In this document: piece by piece, positions 30,795-50,288 of the stretch
Numbering within the stretch: the stretch's first letter is position 1
How the letters are laid out: every line of letters starts with the position of its first letter
Assembly: GCF_009914755.1 (NCBI RefSeq)
Contig: NC_060931.1
From: the human T2T-CHM13v2.0 reference genome, Homo sapiens
Length of the DNA: 64,000 nucleotides
Strand: one strand, 5' to 3'
Translations under genes and position numbers: made by a program
Notes under the pieces: model-generated
Database searches by the model: none
Seen by the model: only the letters and a program-made list of their open reading frames with translations
Told to the model about the DNA's origin: nothing

Positions 30795-33709
30795 TCAGAT
30801 GAATTTATTAATTCATATTGTCTAAATAAGAAATCTGGATGGTTTCCTAGAATTTCAGTCATATGCCTAGAATTGAAAAAAAATAGAACATGTCACTTTA
30901 TACTTGCTATAAGTTTTAAGAGACAATATTTTTAGAAAATATATTTATATCAATATATTTTTGGTCAAGCCTTTCTGTTATTGGTTTATTTCGAGGCCAA
31001 TTATATTTTCATGCTGAAGCAGCATGTCTAAAGTGCTTGGGTCCAAATGTCCACCTCTCTTTGAGAGCTGTGGAATCCTTAAAATGACAGTAGCTAATTT
31101 AATTCCATTTGTGTGCAAGATATTGCATTTTACAAAAGCAGCTGTTTTTCATGGACTAAGTCGAGGTTTTCTCCTCAGGATATGAACCAGTGACCTTATA
31201 CTTCCAACTCAAGACCTATCTATCAGCACTCTTCCCCGTGAAGATTTTCATGACGCAGGATTCTGCCTATGATTGAATCAGCATATCCAGGACCACATAA
31301 AATAGTGTCTCTTTTAATTAGGCTCAAATGTGCACATCTCACATTGAATTTTCATATTTTTAAAAATTACTCCAACTCTCTGGGAGAGTTGTCGTCTATT
31401 TTAGCTTTCATCAAACTCTATACTTTACTAGTCCACCGCTTCCACATTTTGAGATGTCAGTGTGCTTTGGGCAGGTATGCTTCCTTCTTCCCAAACAACT
31501 TGGCAAAATCATTTGACCTCAGATAGGCCATCTTTTCCACTTTAGGAATTTCTGTTCGTTGGATTATAAATTGTGTCAACTTTTGCCAAACATTGCCTTA
31601 AGTGGTTACCAAATGCAGTGTTCTTGGCTTGCATTACTTGTTTCTGCTTTACACTCATTATCTTAATCTAATCATGTAGGAGAGGATAAGGAAGATTAAA
31701 GTCAAAATGTTTTCTTACTCTAACTTTTCCAGTAAAACAGAATTTAAAGTATGTATTCCATTTGCTGGTAAGAGCTGCTGAGATTTTTTTAAAGTTATGT
31801 TAATAATTTTTTCCTTGTATTTATATCAAAGTAATATAATTTTCAGATTCAAACATATTTAGTTTAACTGTAGGGTAAAAGAAGATTCAGAAAGCTCAGT
31901 TTTTGCTCAGAATATTTTATTTAACCCTATGATAGATTTATGACAGACCTAATGGCAAGATACTGTGTCTTTCTCTGACTCTGTTTGACCACATATAAAA
32001 TACCTGTCTCTAAATATTTTTCAAGCAAACTTTATAAAGTATGATGTAATGTCTGAATATCTTTAAAGCCCTTTTTCTGAGTTAAAATGATTCCAATTTT
32101 TTAAAGTTTCTATACAGCTTTTTATAATTAGGATTTTGTAAATTATAACAAGTCATATTTTGTTTTTGCCTTTTTCATATCATCCTTTAAAATCAAAGGT
32201 TACTGGTGTTTACGTGACACATCAGAAAAAAAGAAAGAAATTATGGTGTTTATACTTTCTTACTTCTTAGGGTGTGTATCTGACTAAAGTATAGCATTTT
32301 TTGCTTATGGCTATGACAACAACTTGTTTATTTAGACTCAGTCAAATTTGAAGTCTCCACTGGTGTACCTTATATGACAAAAGTAATCTTTCAAATATTA
32401 TCCATGACAGTTAATCATGAACCTCTGAAAGTGTGACATTTTGTAAATGTTATTGTTAGAGCTATGATAGCATTCTCAACTTGCTAGCATTTCCAATATA
32501 ATCTATTAGAAAAAATGATTTAGATTATTGTTTCATAATTGAGTAGGCCCCAGAAATTATTGTTTTCTCACTTCCTTTAATATTCACTGACTGGATTCTG
32601 TATGAAGAAATTATTTGTAAAATATACATTCCGATTCTACGTATGTGGCATGTTTCTGTGGGAAAGTTTGTATGCATGCGAGTCTGTATACAGTGAAGAT
32701 ACACATGTCAAAAAGACATGAAATGTATGTGGGAAGACTATGTTTTTTTACCAGCTGTGTGTTTTAGCCATACGATTTTTTTCTCTATATATTTATTTGA
32801 ACGAAAGTCAAAGTCCTCTAGCCTGACCCATAAAATGTTAATCCTTTCAGGAACATTTCAATTTCTTTTGTTAAAGGAACTCTGTATAACATTATCAATC
32901 CCAGAGCTGGTTTTACAATGTATTATTATCAAATTCTTACTTGTGACTAACCATTTCACCTGCAATATCATGGCCATGCTTGAAATGTCTATTATTCATG
33001 CCAGCACTGATTTAAAATACATGTATAGAATTTGTTTTGTCTTTAAATTCCTGAAAAATTGGCAATCAGCAATGTAATTTTCAACCTTGGTATATTTTGA
33101 TCAAGTGATTAAATGCTCTATGCAATTTTCACATTATCTGGAATATATGCACGAGTAAAAATGCACTCTTTTAAATGGCAGTAAAAGAAATACTGATTAT
33201 TAACATGCCTTTGTGTATTAAAGTCTGCTAATTTTCCTTCACACTGGTACTTCTGCTTTTCCAAACTTCTCATAACAATACAATGTGTGTGTTTACATGC
33301 AACAATGCAGGTATAACTACTAGCTTTAAACCATTTTTCCATGCTGTAAAATGACTACATCCTTTGAAATACCATACTTCATTGTTGAGAGATGAATAAC
33401 ATCTGTAGGCATCTCAAAAGCCTTGAGTTCACAGTCTTTTGAGTACTAATTTGAGAATTCACACGCACGGTTTTGTTGTTATCGTTGATGACCACAACAC
33501 TGTTTAAAATCTCTTAATGTTAAGGGGACGCTGGAGAGCAGATCTGCTGGGAAAACATTAAAAGGTGGGTGTTGTGTTCTTATCTACTTTGTTTGCATAT
33601 GAAAATAGTGCTGGAGCATACGGCTAGTTCAAGCGATTTTAATATTCTGACTAAGGTATCTTCAACATTTTAACTATGAGGGAATTGATAGAAAACCAGT
33701 CGTTGTAAT

Positions 33710-34752
<1,043 letters not shown>

Positions 34753-36260
34753 AGAAATTAATTAAATGAAATTTGGATTAAAAATTATTGAGAAAATTTT
34801 ATTGCTAATAATTCTTACATTGACACTTGCAAATTGTTGTGATGCCTTGAATTTTAATTTCTTTCTAGAATTTTTATCATTAAAATATCCACAAGATAAT
34901 AGCAAAGAAAATTTGTAGATTTTCTTTAAAAAATGCATATTAGTTTCTGTAGATGACAAGCATTTCCTGAATTTATATAATAGGTCACAGCTCAGCCCTA
35001 AATTAAATTTTACAGACCATGTTTTAAAGCTGGCATCTACGAAAGTAGTAGGCAATTAAAAATAAAAAAAAAAACCTTCATGTTACTTGCTGGCCCTGAT
35101 AAATTCATGACTTCACATTATCATTAACTCAGAAGGTTTAACGTTTTTCATTTTTTTTTAAAGAAAGGGACTGCATATTCTGTCCACCTTCCCCTCTTTG
35201 TAGAAACTCAGAACTATCTGCCACTGTACATAGTACATAGTGAACAGCCACTTTAAATTGTTTACCAAGGTCTTAAAGGTAAAATATTCATAAAATTATT
35301 ATTCACATTTTAGTGCTTAATACAATTATGGTGATACTAAAAGATTGTTTCTACATCTACAGAGGCATTTCATTCTAACTGTTACATCTTGCAAGAACAG
35401 CAATTTAAAAAAAAATCTTTTTCCGTACCTTTTTATTTTTAAGTAATTTAAAAGAAGTAGAGTGATGTTTTTGGAAGCACTGATCTTTACAAATGTATTT
35501 CTCTCCAGGAAATATTACACATAAATCCTGTCAAATAGCTAAACAAGTTAGATGCAAAACTCCTACATAAAGCTCTGTCATTCTACCCTTGACTTACTTC
35601 CAAGAGAGCTAACATAGTAATTGTGGGGGAAATAAAATTAGAACACCACCTCTTCATACCAGTAGAGAAAAGCTTTCCAACATTAAGGCAATTTGCAGTT
35701 GGTGAAGCATGCTACTTAATGATACTATAATTCAATCACAGAATAAACCATAAAAAAAAATAGTTAGACCCTTAGCTCTTGATGCAGTCTCAGGATTAAT
35801 GCTTCTTATAATTTGAGGACTGGAAAGATCCAATTTTGCCATTAGTTTTAGAAAATGACTTATATGCTAACTGGATGTGAACAATTGTGTTCTAATGAGC
35901 TTAATATGAGTTTCATAATTTGTGCATTTTGCTGTTAAAAAGCCAGAAAACAAAACAAAACAAAATACTGAAACCAGTGTGAACAAGAGTTACACGATGG
36001 AAGGCATCAGTTTTCACACCAGAAGGAATAAAAACAGGCAAAAATACCATAAGTTGATCCTCAAAATATGATTGATTTTAAGCCTTATGAGATAATTGTG
36101 AGGTCTTAAAATCTGAGGTATCAAAAACTCAGAGGGAATATATATTCTTAAGAATTATAACGATTCCACATTTATCCTCATTGACAGAATTGCACCAAAT
36201 ATTGGTAATTAAATGTTTACTATAGACTATTTAGTGAGATAAAAAAAAACTATCAATCTG

Positions 36261-36262
<2 letters not shown>

Positions 36263-36294
<32 letters not shown>
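36263..36294 (+). repeat. D7S820: Forensic STR D7S820, [TATC]8 (= [GATA]8)
   Basis: ctatcaatctgtc[tatc]8gttagttcgttctaaactatgaca. Flanks ctgaggtatcaaaaactcagagg and gattccacatttatcctcattgac match D7S820 primer sites as I recall them. Confidence 0.93.
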
Positions 36295-36368
36295 GTTAGT
36301 TCGTTCTAAACTATGACAAGTGTTCTATCATACCCTTTATATATATTAACCTTAAAATAACTCCATAG

Positions 36369-36603
36369 TCAGCCTGACCAACATGGTGAAACCCCGTCTC
36401 TAAAAAAAATACAAAAATTAGCTGGATGCAGTAGCACATGCCTGTAGTCCCAGCTACTCAGGAGGCTGGGGCAGGAGAACCACTTGACCCAAGAAGCGGA
36501 GGTTGCAGTGAGCCGAGATCGCACCACTGCACTCCAGCCTGGGTGACAGAGTGAGACTCCATCTCAAGATAAAGAAATAAATAAAAACAAACAAACAAAA
36601 AAA
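36369..36603 (+). mobile_element. 5'-truncated AluS
   Basis: Starts at cagcctgaccaacatgg; A-rich tail. Confidence 0.93.
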
Positions 36604-36613
36604 TTCCATAGGG

Positions 36614-36947
<334 letters not shown>

Positions 36948-37100
36948 TTATTTCTACTTTATTGATAGGAAGACAGGACCCTTATCACAACTGCACTTTC
37001 TGTGAGCCTCAACAGGCATGGTCACCAGAATTAGGATGAAAGGTTGTTGTTGCATGAGTAGAAGAGGATAATACTTTTTATTTAAGAATTTTAAAATTTA

Positions 37101-37391
<291 letters not shown>

Positions 37392-39856
37392 GAATTTTAA
37401 AATTTAATCTAGAAATTAACATGTAAAAACACAATCCTTAGACTACAAAGCACTGTCTATAGTACAAATCATCCCTGACACCCTCACGGGACATCAGGAG
37501 TCCTGGCTCTTCTACATTAGAAAAATCAGTGTTAGAAGAGTTTCACACTACCAAACTATAAAAGTAGTTGGCAAGCTCATGAAATAGGTGGCTAGAAGTG
37601 ATGTGTGAAATGATTTCATTGTACAGTGTGTCTTTCCCTGCTTTTGGACATTGTAGGAATGTCTTGATTTATGGAGAGAACTGCTAGATCTTTATGGTCT
37701 AATTTTGGAACTGGTACAGAGCAGACACAGGAGGGGGTCACTCATATATAAAAATATTTGCATGTGGTATTTACTAAGGAACAAAAGCAAATATATGCTC
37801 AAAATGTGAGAGGCTGACTGTAAGAAGAGATGATATGAGTATATTCTATTTTTAAAATATTCTAGAAAAACTAATATTTAAGTTCATTTAATACTATTAA
37901 TGTTTCATTTTTCTAGCACCTTGATATGAGCTTATTATTAAAAACAATACTGACAATATATCAGAAAACTGCTTGGCTCTGCAATAATTTTAATCCTGAC
38001 CCTAATTCCCAATCCTTAAGTATACAATATTTAACATATGGTCTTATTGGATTTACTAAAAATAAAATGTTTATATTTTGAGTTTAATGTTACTGGACAA
38101 GAATATTTAGCTTCATATAGTGCCTGTTGAATAGGATAAGCATATGTTTTGATAATTTATTTTTATATCAGTGTGCAAAAGAAGCTCTTGTATGTTTGGA
38201 ATTTGTTCCAAAATGCCATTTATTAGGCCTATTTTTTCTCTAATAAAAAAAGAGTCACTACAGAAACAATTGGATGTTATTATGCTCTGTGAGTGGCTAG
38301 CAGAGTTGATCCTGTGTGTACACAATAGTAGGATTTTACAAATGTAAATGTGCAAAGGGTGAGGAAGGGTGGGGAGAGAAGAGAAAAGCAGCATGACCAG
38401 CTAGAGTCAAACCTGGGATCCAGGCTTGGCTAAATTTCAGGAATTGGACCTGGGGACCCCTCATTTGCTTTAGGGCCTGGGAAGGGAGAGACAAGAGAGA
38501 GAAACTTCATAACAACTCTCAGGAATAAAAACTGAAGGATGACTCTGATTCTAAGTACAGCAATGGTATTAATTTGTCTTTTGGCTCATATCCTCAATTT
38601 TTTTTTAAAAAAAAATAGATATGATTTGCTTAAAACACTTTTCAAAACACAAGTAGCAGCTCAACTCCCTTTATTGTACAATGTTGAACAGGCTGGGAAG
38701 GAGTCATTACTGTTAACTTACCCATAAACAACCAGAGAGCTTGGGCACCTCAGGTTCTTAGAAGCAATACCTTGCTGAGAAGCTCTGTAAAATTTAGCAA
38801 AGCTGTAGCTATGTCCACCCAGTACTACTAGGCCCAAGGAGAGTAGAGAGGTACAATTAAGCAACAGTATTATCTGTGCAATAGTTCATGCTAGCTGCAT
38901 TAGATTTGTTTCATGAAATAGACTCTAGAAACTTCGATAAGTACCTAGGGAGAGAGCTACTACATGGAGGTTAGGATCTTGCATTAGGAATTGCATACCA
39001 AAGTCAAGAAAACACAAGTGATTAATCAGTGTAATTGCTGGTAAGTCAAGAAACTCAAATTCTGGGTACTCTGCAAGATAAATACCACTAACTTTTATTT
39101 TATAGGTAACCAAAAGTAAGCTATTAGTGGTAAAATAATTTGTCAAAATCCACATAATAAATTGCTAGAGCTAAAATTTGATTTAAAATTGTCGATTCTA
39201 AAATCCAAGCTCTTTCCAGTATTCATATGCTTTGTATAATATTATAGTTCCAATAAATTATACTTAAAGGTATAAATGTATCATTTTAAGCGATATATAT
39301 GTGTGTGTGAATGGGTGTACACAGGTATGTGTACTTTTTAAAACACACTTTTAAAAAGCAGCATAGTGAGCGAAGGTAGATGGTAACAGCAAATATATAG
39401 TAAGAGGCCAAAAAAAAGAAACCAACTGTCCTTATGTTATATGAATATTTGTAGATCTGCCTATAATTTTCAAAAAAGGCAAAGTCAAAATGATAAACTC
39501 TGATGACTCAAAATTCAGCTTAAATAATGTGCACATTCTGATATCAACGACGCATAGAAATACCTTGAACAAAATGATATAATAAAATATGACATTGGAA
39601 GAAAGCAGTATCCCTCGATATATTGTTTTATATGTATTTTTACATGTTAAACAATAAAATAAATGGTATAAATAAATATTTTTTCTATATCCCTACATTT
39701 TATGAATTCAGGTTGACCAATATTTGGGAGAAATCTTATATGTAAATTCACGATCCGCTTCCAATTAAGTCATTTTTTTTCCATTGGCCAATATTTAGGC
39801 TTTTCAGATAAATCACATTCAAATGAGAAAATGGCAATTGATTTCACACAGTACTA

Positions 39857-40157
<301 letters not shown>

Positions 40158-40544
40158 ACACAGTACTATTTTTACCAAATATGTTTCATCATAAAACCAA
40201 AGGTAAATAATTATTTTTAAAATACTTGAATAAATCTTGGGAACCATTTTCTGTAACTTTACTAATTTATCACTAAATGCATTGCCGTGACTTATCCTAA
40301 ATTGTTACTAAAATAGAAAGATGTTTCCAATACAAATTTTGGAATAAATTTGATATTTTTAGTCTCCAAAATTTTTTATATAATTATGAAAAATTAAAGT
40401 TGTAGTTAAATACTACTCAGTGGCTGAGTAAACATTTCTTTATCATGTTTCTTTATCATTCCCTGGATGATAATGGGATAATCTTATCCCATTGGATAAG
40501 ACTGTATATTTGGATAATCTTGTATATTTGTGATGACAATACTC

Positions 40545-40770
40545 TGATAACAGCAACAACTGCTTTGACTTATGGAATGTTTATATAGGCCACGCAGACC
40601 CATATAAACACATTTAGTCCTAGCAATACCCTAGGAGGTAGATATTATTATTATTTCCAGTTTACAGTGAGAAAATGTATGTTATGTATAAATTGCATGT
40701 AGTAAATCACTTGAGAACAGAACATGGACAGCTTGGCTTAAGAATACTCTTGTCTGTTGTACCACACTCT
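40545..40770 (-). mobile_element. MIR
   Basis: ccctaggaggtagatattattatt..ttttacagtgagaaaa-like core. Confidence 0.55.
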
Positions 40771-40968
40771 ATATGCCCTGAAACAATGAATCAGAAAATA
40801 GTTCTTAACTCTTAACACTTTCCTTATTACCAATGTATTAGTCCCAGGTGACAAAGAATCTGCATTTTAATATAATTATATAAAGAGCTCACCAAGGAAA
40901 ATTATTAACATGTGTATTTTAGAATATGCTCTAGCGCTACCTTAGGAAAATCTCAAAGTACTGTAAAA

Positions 40969-41243
40969 CCAACACTTTGGGAGGCCGAAGTGGGTGGATC
41001 CCTTGAGCTCAGGTGTTCAAGACAATCCTGAGCAACATGGCGAAACCCCGTCACTACAAAAAATACAAAAATTAGCCAGGCATAGTGGCACGTGCCTGTA
41101 GTCTCAGCTACTTGGGAGGCTGAAGTGGCAGAACAGCTTGAGCCTGGGAGTTGGAGGTTGAGTGAACCGTGATAGCGCCATTGCACTCCCGCCTGGGTGT
41201 CAGAGTGAGTCCTCGTCTCAAAATAAATAAATAAATAAATAAA
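40969..41243 (+). mobile_element. AluJ-type, 5' end degraded
   Basis: cactttgggaggccga..(TAAA)n tail. Confidence 0.9.
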
Positions 41244-41436
41244 ATATCTCTGCTGTGACAAGAACTCATCAACATCTCATCAAGAAATGCTGCTCTTCTC
41301 TCATCCTCTCTTAAAAGTAGACTAATATTTTGAAAGAAATTTGGACAACAATATATATTTTTAGAAATAGCTAAATTAAAAATCATTATAACTATGTAAT
41401 TATATGGGGCATTTAGGTAACACCTGATGCCAATGA

Positions 41437-41985
<549 letters not shown>

Positions 41986-42002
41986 TAAGAAAGATGAGAT
42001 AG

Positions 42003-43135
<1,133 letters not shown>

Positions 43136-44959
43136 TCATTGCAGAGGAAAAAATAAATAGAAGGGACCTAATCAGGATTTCAGGATTGAACCCTAGAAAG
43201 GTCACATGTGGTTCTCAAGCTGCCTTTGGGGCATGTGGTTGATATGTCTAGGTGGCAGTTGAATAAAGCTCGAAGTCATACAAATTCTTACAATATATCA
43301 CAGCCACAGCCATACTCTGAATAATAGAAACAGTAGTTCCTGGCCATGTTTTATATCATGCAACCACAATTTAATGGATTAGCTATCTCTGGCTAAGCCA
43401 CAGTCTCTATTCTATATACCTCTGACATGGCCTGGTATCATAACTCTTTTCAGTAGTAGAAACATTTTGTTATTGAATCCTATCTGAAAAGATTAAATTG
43501 AATCTCTTAGGGATTTTGAATACTAGAGACACAGAGAGTTGAGTATGGCAAACATCCAGACACATAGAGAGATGATTGTAAGAACTCATGACAATAAACG
43601 TCACAAAAAGCAGAAACTATGAGGTGGGGTAGAGTGCAGAAGAATTGGTAAGTGGTGTTAATAAAATAAGACAAAGGGAAATGATAATTATCTGGTACAG
43701 GCTTTTCTATGTTAGACAGATACACAGTTTGAGAATTCCCAATTTCTTCATTTTTCTAGTTCAGCTTAATGTCACTCCAAGAGAATAGGATAAAAGTTAG
43801 CATACTATTCCTTCTAAAATACAAATGTAAGAAACAAGAGCCATAATATTGAGACTAATTTGATGTAATAGCTCAATTTTGTAAAGGATTCATGATCATG
43901 TCCATCTTTTGAAGCTAAAAATGAATGGCAGTATCGAAGTGGATCATAGATAAAACCAACAATTAAGTTATTAGAAGAAATTACTGTTTAGAGTTCCTCT
44001 GTTTTGTTTAATCATATTTACTGTTTTCATTCCTGTAGATTATAAAACCATATCTCACTCAGTAAGTGAGGTATTACCTATGAAGAAATAAGGCACCATA
44101 TTTTAAGGTCAAAGATAATTTATACGCAAGTGAAATAATATTCTGGAATTCCATGTTTCAGGCTGATACTCAATTACAAAACACTGCTTCTGAAAAAGGA
44201 CAATGAAAAATAAACAAAGAGGTAGCAAGACAAAATAATGTGCCTCTTGGGTTGTTATTTCCTATATTCTCATGATTTCTGCAAAAATCAAACTAAATTA
44301 ATGGGTATAGTCTCCCTCTTTAAACTTTTTAAATTTATGATGCGTTAATAAACTCTTTTGTTCTGTTTGCAGCCCACATGCTGAGATAACAATTTATTTT
44401 CTATTGTTTTAACTTCTAACACTTTAATATTTGGATTTGCCAAAAGATAAATATATATAGGTCTTTTTACATGAAAAACAGCTAGGTTTCTGTAATGTTG
44501 GTTGTTTCATTAAATAAAAATAGCAGTAATATTACAAATATACACAGAATTACTAAAAGGAAGATAACTTCTACAAATATAACTGGCAGTAGAAATCGAC
44601 GTATTTTCCAAATTAAAATAGCATGTTTTATTCAACCTAGAGAGAAATAAATGATGCCTATCTAGTTATGAAAATTATACTTTATTTTAATCAATTTATG
44701 CCATTTTATAAGCAAATTAGATGATTACTAGAAAGGCATATTATTTCAGAATCTGATGAGAACTAACTGACACCTCACATAATACCTACCAGTTCAGAAC
44801 ATATGAGGTTTTTTTATTTGCATTAATATTTTAATGTAAACTTTTACAATTATCTTCAGTATCTAAATTTATCAGATAATAGTTTAAATTTCTTTTCTAC
44901 TTGTATCTCATATAACTTTATGTTCTTGAGGGTTCAAGTTTGTATTGAATTATATAATA

Positions 44960-45110
44960 CTAGAACAGTGAACATACATTAATGTCACCTGACATGCTTA
45001 AAAAATGTTGAGGCTAATATAATTGATCCTGAGTTGAGGTCAGGAGCCAGTATTTTATTTTTTAACAATCTCACCAGATGATTTTAATGCATACCAAGTG
45101 TTTCAAATTC
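44960..45110. mobile_element. MER5A-like fragment
   Basis: tttaacaatctcaccagatgattttaatgca..caagtgttt. Confidence 0.5.
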
Positions 45111-48100
45111 TATATTGTCCCCAAATATATTAATCACTGTGATGAAAATAACATGTCTATTGTAAATTATAAATATTTCTATTTCTATTTAATAAAAACA
45201 TTTCCCAAAAAAGAGCTTCTTTATTATTTATGAAAATAATGAATATGATCAAATGTTTTAAAAACCTAAAATGAATGGGCCATAAACCTATCTCTCCCAC
45301 AAGTATTCAAGAGTGAAAGCCTAAGTTAAAATTTCATAATTAATAAAATTAATATATTCACTTATAGGATGTCTAATGTAATATAACATACTATTGTAAA
45401 ATTTGAATAGTGTAGATAATCATTTATGTATTTAAATAAATGCTCTTCACTATAAGTTTTGTTTACTGAAGCAATATATAAGTAGTAGTGAAGGATTTTT
45501 AAATTAATTACAATAAGTTCACTGTATTTCCATATAAATTATTATATAATACTATATATAATAATAATTATATCATTTCTATTGTTCAGATATTGAAACG
45601 TAGATTCATAATATTAAGATGGAATAATTTTTCCAGAAGTTTCTTCTTGGCTTTAAAAAACCAAATACCATTTCTTTGTTGTTAGATCACCATAGATAGT
45701 CTACAATTAATCAATCACAAAAAGAATGATGCCTTGTTTGGAAGTAAGATTAAATAATGCAATTACAAATTGCAATGAGATTAACTTATTAAGGCACATG
45801 ATAAAGTCAATTTAAAAAATAAGACACTATTTGTTACAAATGACCATAACTGGTAACAATTCCTTTGCATAAATCTTCAAGGTTGTTTAGCAGAAAGGAT
45901 ATTACTCTCCTCATTAAATAGCTTCATACTTAACAAATATTAAAACCCGAAACTCCTAGTCTATATTTATTTAAAAATAACATGCCCTCATTAACTGAGA
46001 ATTCTAGCAAGAAAAGTAAAAATTTTAATAAGAAAAATGAAAAGAAAGGAAATGACAAATATTAAGTGTCACCAAGCACACTGCAATTTCAGTTTTCAGT
46101 TTGCAAAGATGAATGATACTTCAGGTGAAAATAGCTTTGTTAGTACAGTCCTGATGTAAGTTATGGAAGATGAACACTGCCTGGTGCTCTCAGTTACAAT
46201 GACTCATTATCTTGTAACGATAAAAGATTTTAAACACGCGTTGCTTTATATTTTTCCCATCTTTTTATTTATAAAAGCCTTAACATTTCATTTAGAAAGT
46301 AAAAGTTACTTTTGTAATACACAAAATTAAAATGTATATGATGTGCAGCTACTGCAATTTCTCAAGGTGCTTGATTCCACATGGCAGTGACTTCGTAAAT
46401 GAGATTTGAGTCTTTTTCAGTGGTGCTTTTTATGCTAATAACTCTACACTTTAACAAATACTTTATTTGGTTTATTTAGAAAATCCTATTGCAAATTTTA
46501 TCTGTTATTTACTATATTTACATTTGTAACAATCATATGAGATAAAGTTTATATGTGTGCATAAAACTTTATATGGAGAGAGTTTTCAAATGGAATACAA
46601 CAACTGAAAATTATTTTAGGGTATTTTGAATAAAGTAATTAACTTGTTTTATATAGATAATTACATATTAAAATCTCTGAGAATGTTTTCAGATTTTTCT
46701 TGTATTTAAAATTTTAATTATTGGATGTGTACAATTGATCCTCATGAAAAGCTCTTGCTGCATAAAGGGATTTCCAAGTTGGAAATAGTGTGTGGCTTTA
46801 TGTTTGCCAAGTGTTGCCATCTTAAAATCTTGACTGTTGAAACAATAACATTTTGGCTGCTTTTATAACACTCATTTAATGTTTACAGTTTAGTAAGTGT
46901 GCATTTTTATAAACAGAGGGCTTACCTAATTAAACTGGACCGTGTAAGAACTAGGTCAATGTATTATGAACAAAATAATCCCAATATGGTTGGGTTATGG
47001 AACAGCTCAATTTTGCTCATTGAGTTCTATCGATTTTTGGCAGAGAGAAAAGAAGGAAAGAACAGATGGTGAAAGAAAGAAATTGAGCTGCCAGTGATGG
47101 AATACACTATCACACTGAATTATAAAGAATGGTGCTCTAATCCCCTGAATAGTTATTTCAATTAGAGTACAAAATTAACACATACTGCTTATTTCTGAAG
47201 CAACATAATATTTTAAACAAAATGAACATAAATTTAAGTTTCATGTTGTGATGAACCAGTGTTAAAATATGACATCATACAAAGTAGGAAGGTGGCTTTG
47301 TGCACTTAGATTAATGAAAACAATAAATTGTATTTCCCTCTTTGGGTTGGAGAGTGGAGAAAGATTTGCACTTCTTCACTGGCAATTTCAGTGTTCAAAC
47401 TGAGGGACTTACAACACTTAGAAATAGGTGAAGCTTCTGTATATATGTTAATTACCTGTAAATATGTGGATTAACACTTTGCCCTGACAAAGATTGGAGA
47501 GTGTTCTACCTTCAAATAAACAAAAATCACTAAAAAATTAATTTCAAAATAATAACATAAAGGTCTCAATTTAGAATAATATGCAAATTAAGTTTCTATA
47601 GGCATTGGTATGAATTCAAATGTTTTTTCATATAAGTTTCTACAAATAATATCTTAAACAGTTTAGCTGTAGTTTCATGTAAGATTTGTAAAACCTAAGA
47701 TGATGTAAATGTAAAAATATTAATCAAGAAATTACAATTCTCATACTTGAACTGCTTTGATTAAAAAAATATATTAAGGGAGGACCAAATTATTTTAATG
47801 CTAAATATTTTAAACTTTTTTTACTAAAAATTACATTTTATTCTGCTTAAATTGAAACATAATTATTTTATGTCTTTTGCATTTGCTGTGTCATGAGAAT
47901 AACAATTCAAACCATATCAGGCTGCTTCAAACAAGGGTCAAAAAGGGAGACAACCATTAACTTATAAGTTCAAGTGGTAGCAGAAGAAAGCTTCCTCAAA
48001 ATCAAAAGTAAGAATTCACTCTACTTTTTTCAAATCCCACATTCTTTTTAGGTTTTGTATCAGAATTTGTCTATAATTTGTGAGTTAACTGATATATTCA

Positions 48101-48329
48101 TTTTACACATCTCTGTTTTTAGTCATTAGTATTAAATAGACCTTCGCTCTCTAAAAGAGCAAAATGAAAAGCTCAGTCATTTTCAAGTGTCATTTAGTTA
48201 GCCATATGCACACTCCATGTGCCACATATATATAATAAATATTTTTGACACTCTAGGTCAAGAGGCAACATTGAAAATATTGTGTACATATATATAACAA
48301 GAGGGAAACATTGCCCTACATCTTTTATT

Positions 48330-48842
<513 letters not shown>

Positions 48843-49283
48843 GTTAATCTATTGTTTTATTTTTGTTTTGGAAAATATTGAAGTTCTAGAAAAAACATAA
48901 ATTTCTTTTCCTGACTTATTACAGGTAACTTAACCTTAGATTTTTGTTTCTGAGATATGTACCTGGGAAAGTTTTGGGAAAATATTAATCCATTCAATGA
49001 CAGAATTCTACATTATCTTGTGTTCCTGTCCACAAGGTAAAGGGTAAGTTTTTGTTTCTGCCAACACTTTATGACCATATTTTCAGAGGAAAAGTACAGT
49101 AGGAAGCGATAACTTTTTGAAGTAAAAGCATAGTTATTATTTAATATTTTACTTATTATGTATGCTCCAAGTTTCTCTCTTGTGGGCCTGTCTTTTGTCA
49201 TATCATTTTTAAAGTATCCTTCCTAATCATTAAAAATAGTGAGAATCTTCTATTGAACCCTCTGAATTATCTTTAAAAGTTTT

Positions 49284-49582
<299 letters not shown>

Positions 49583-49722
49583 ATTTACAAAAATTGTTGT
49601 TTTACTTTTTAGAAAGATGTATTTGATTAGAAACCGAATACATTTCTACATAATGGAGAAACCCAGCATGACTCAAGGTTTCTACTCAGCTACCCCATAG
49701 TGCCATACACCAAGTGGTAGAG

Positions 49723-50288
49723 CAAGGGCTTCCCAATCCCCCTCCCACAGATGGGTACCAGCCCATGGCAGATTGGGAACTGGGCCACACAGCAGGAAGT
49801 GAGCAGCTGGAGAGCAAGCATTACTGCCTGAGCTCTGCCTCCTGTCAGATCAACGGGGGCATTAGATTGTCACAGGAGTCAGAACCCTATTGTGAACTGC
49901 ACATGTGAGGGACCTAGGTTGCATGCTCCTTACGAAAATCTAATGCATGATGATCTGAGGTGGAGCTGAGCCGGTGATGCTAGCGCTGGGGAGCAGTTGC
50001 TAATAAAGATTAACATTAGCACTGAGGTGTGACTGCACAGAGACCATAAAAAATCAATTGCTTGCAGGCTCATATTGAAACCCTATCAGTCAGTAGCAAG
50101 TGACAAATAAGCTGCATCTGGTGGCAGGCTTTATAGTGGCAAGTGAGTTGAAAAAAAAAAGGTGCACAGTAAATGTAATGTATTTGAATCATCCCAAAAC
50201 CGTTCCCCTCCACCAGCCAATCCCAGTCTGTGGACAAATTATCTTCCATGAAATGGGTCCCTGGTGCCAAAAAGGTTGGGGACCACTG
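49723..50288 (+). mobile_element. MER1A hAT-Charlie element
   Basis: Ends ggtccctggtgccaaaaaggttggggaccactg; degenerate 8-bp TSD tggtagag / tagtacag. Confidence 0.88.
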
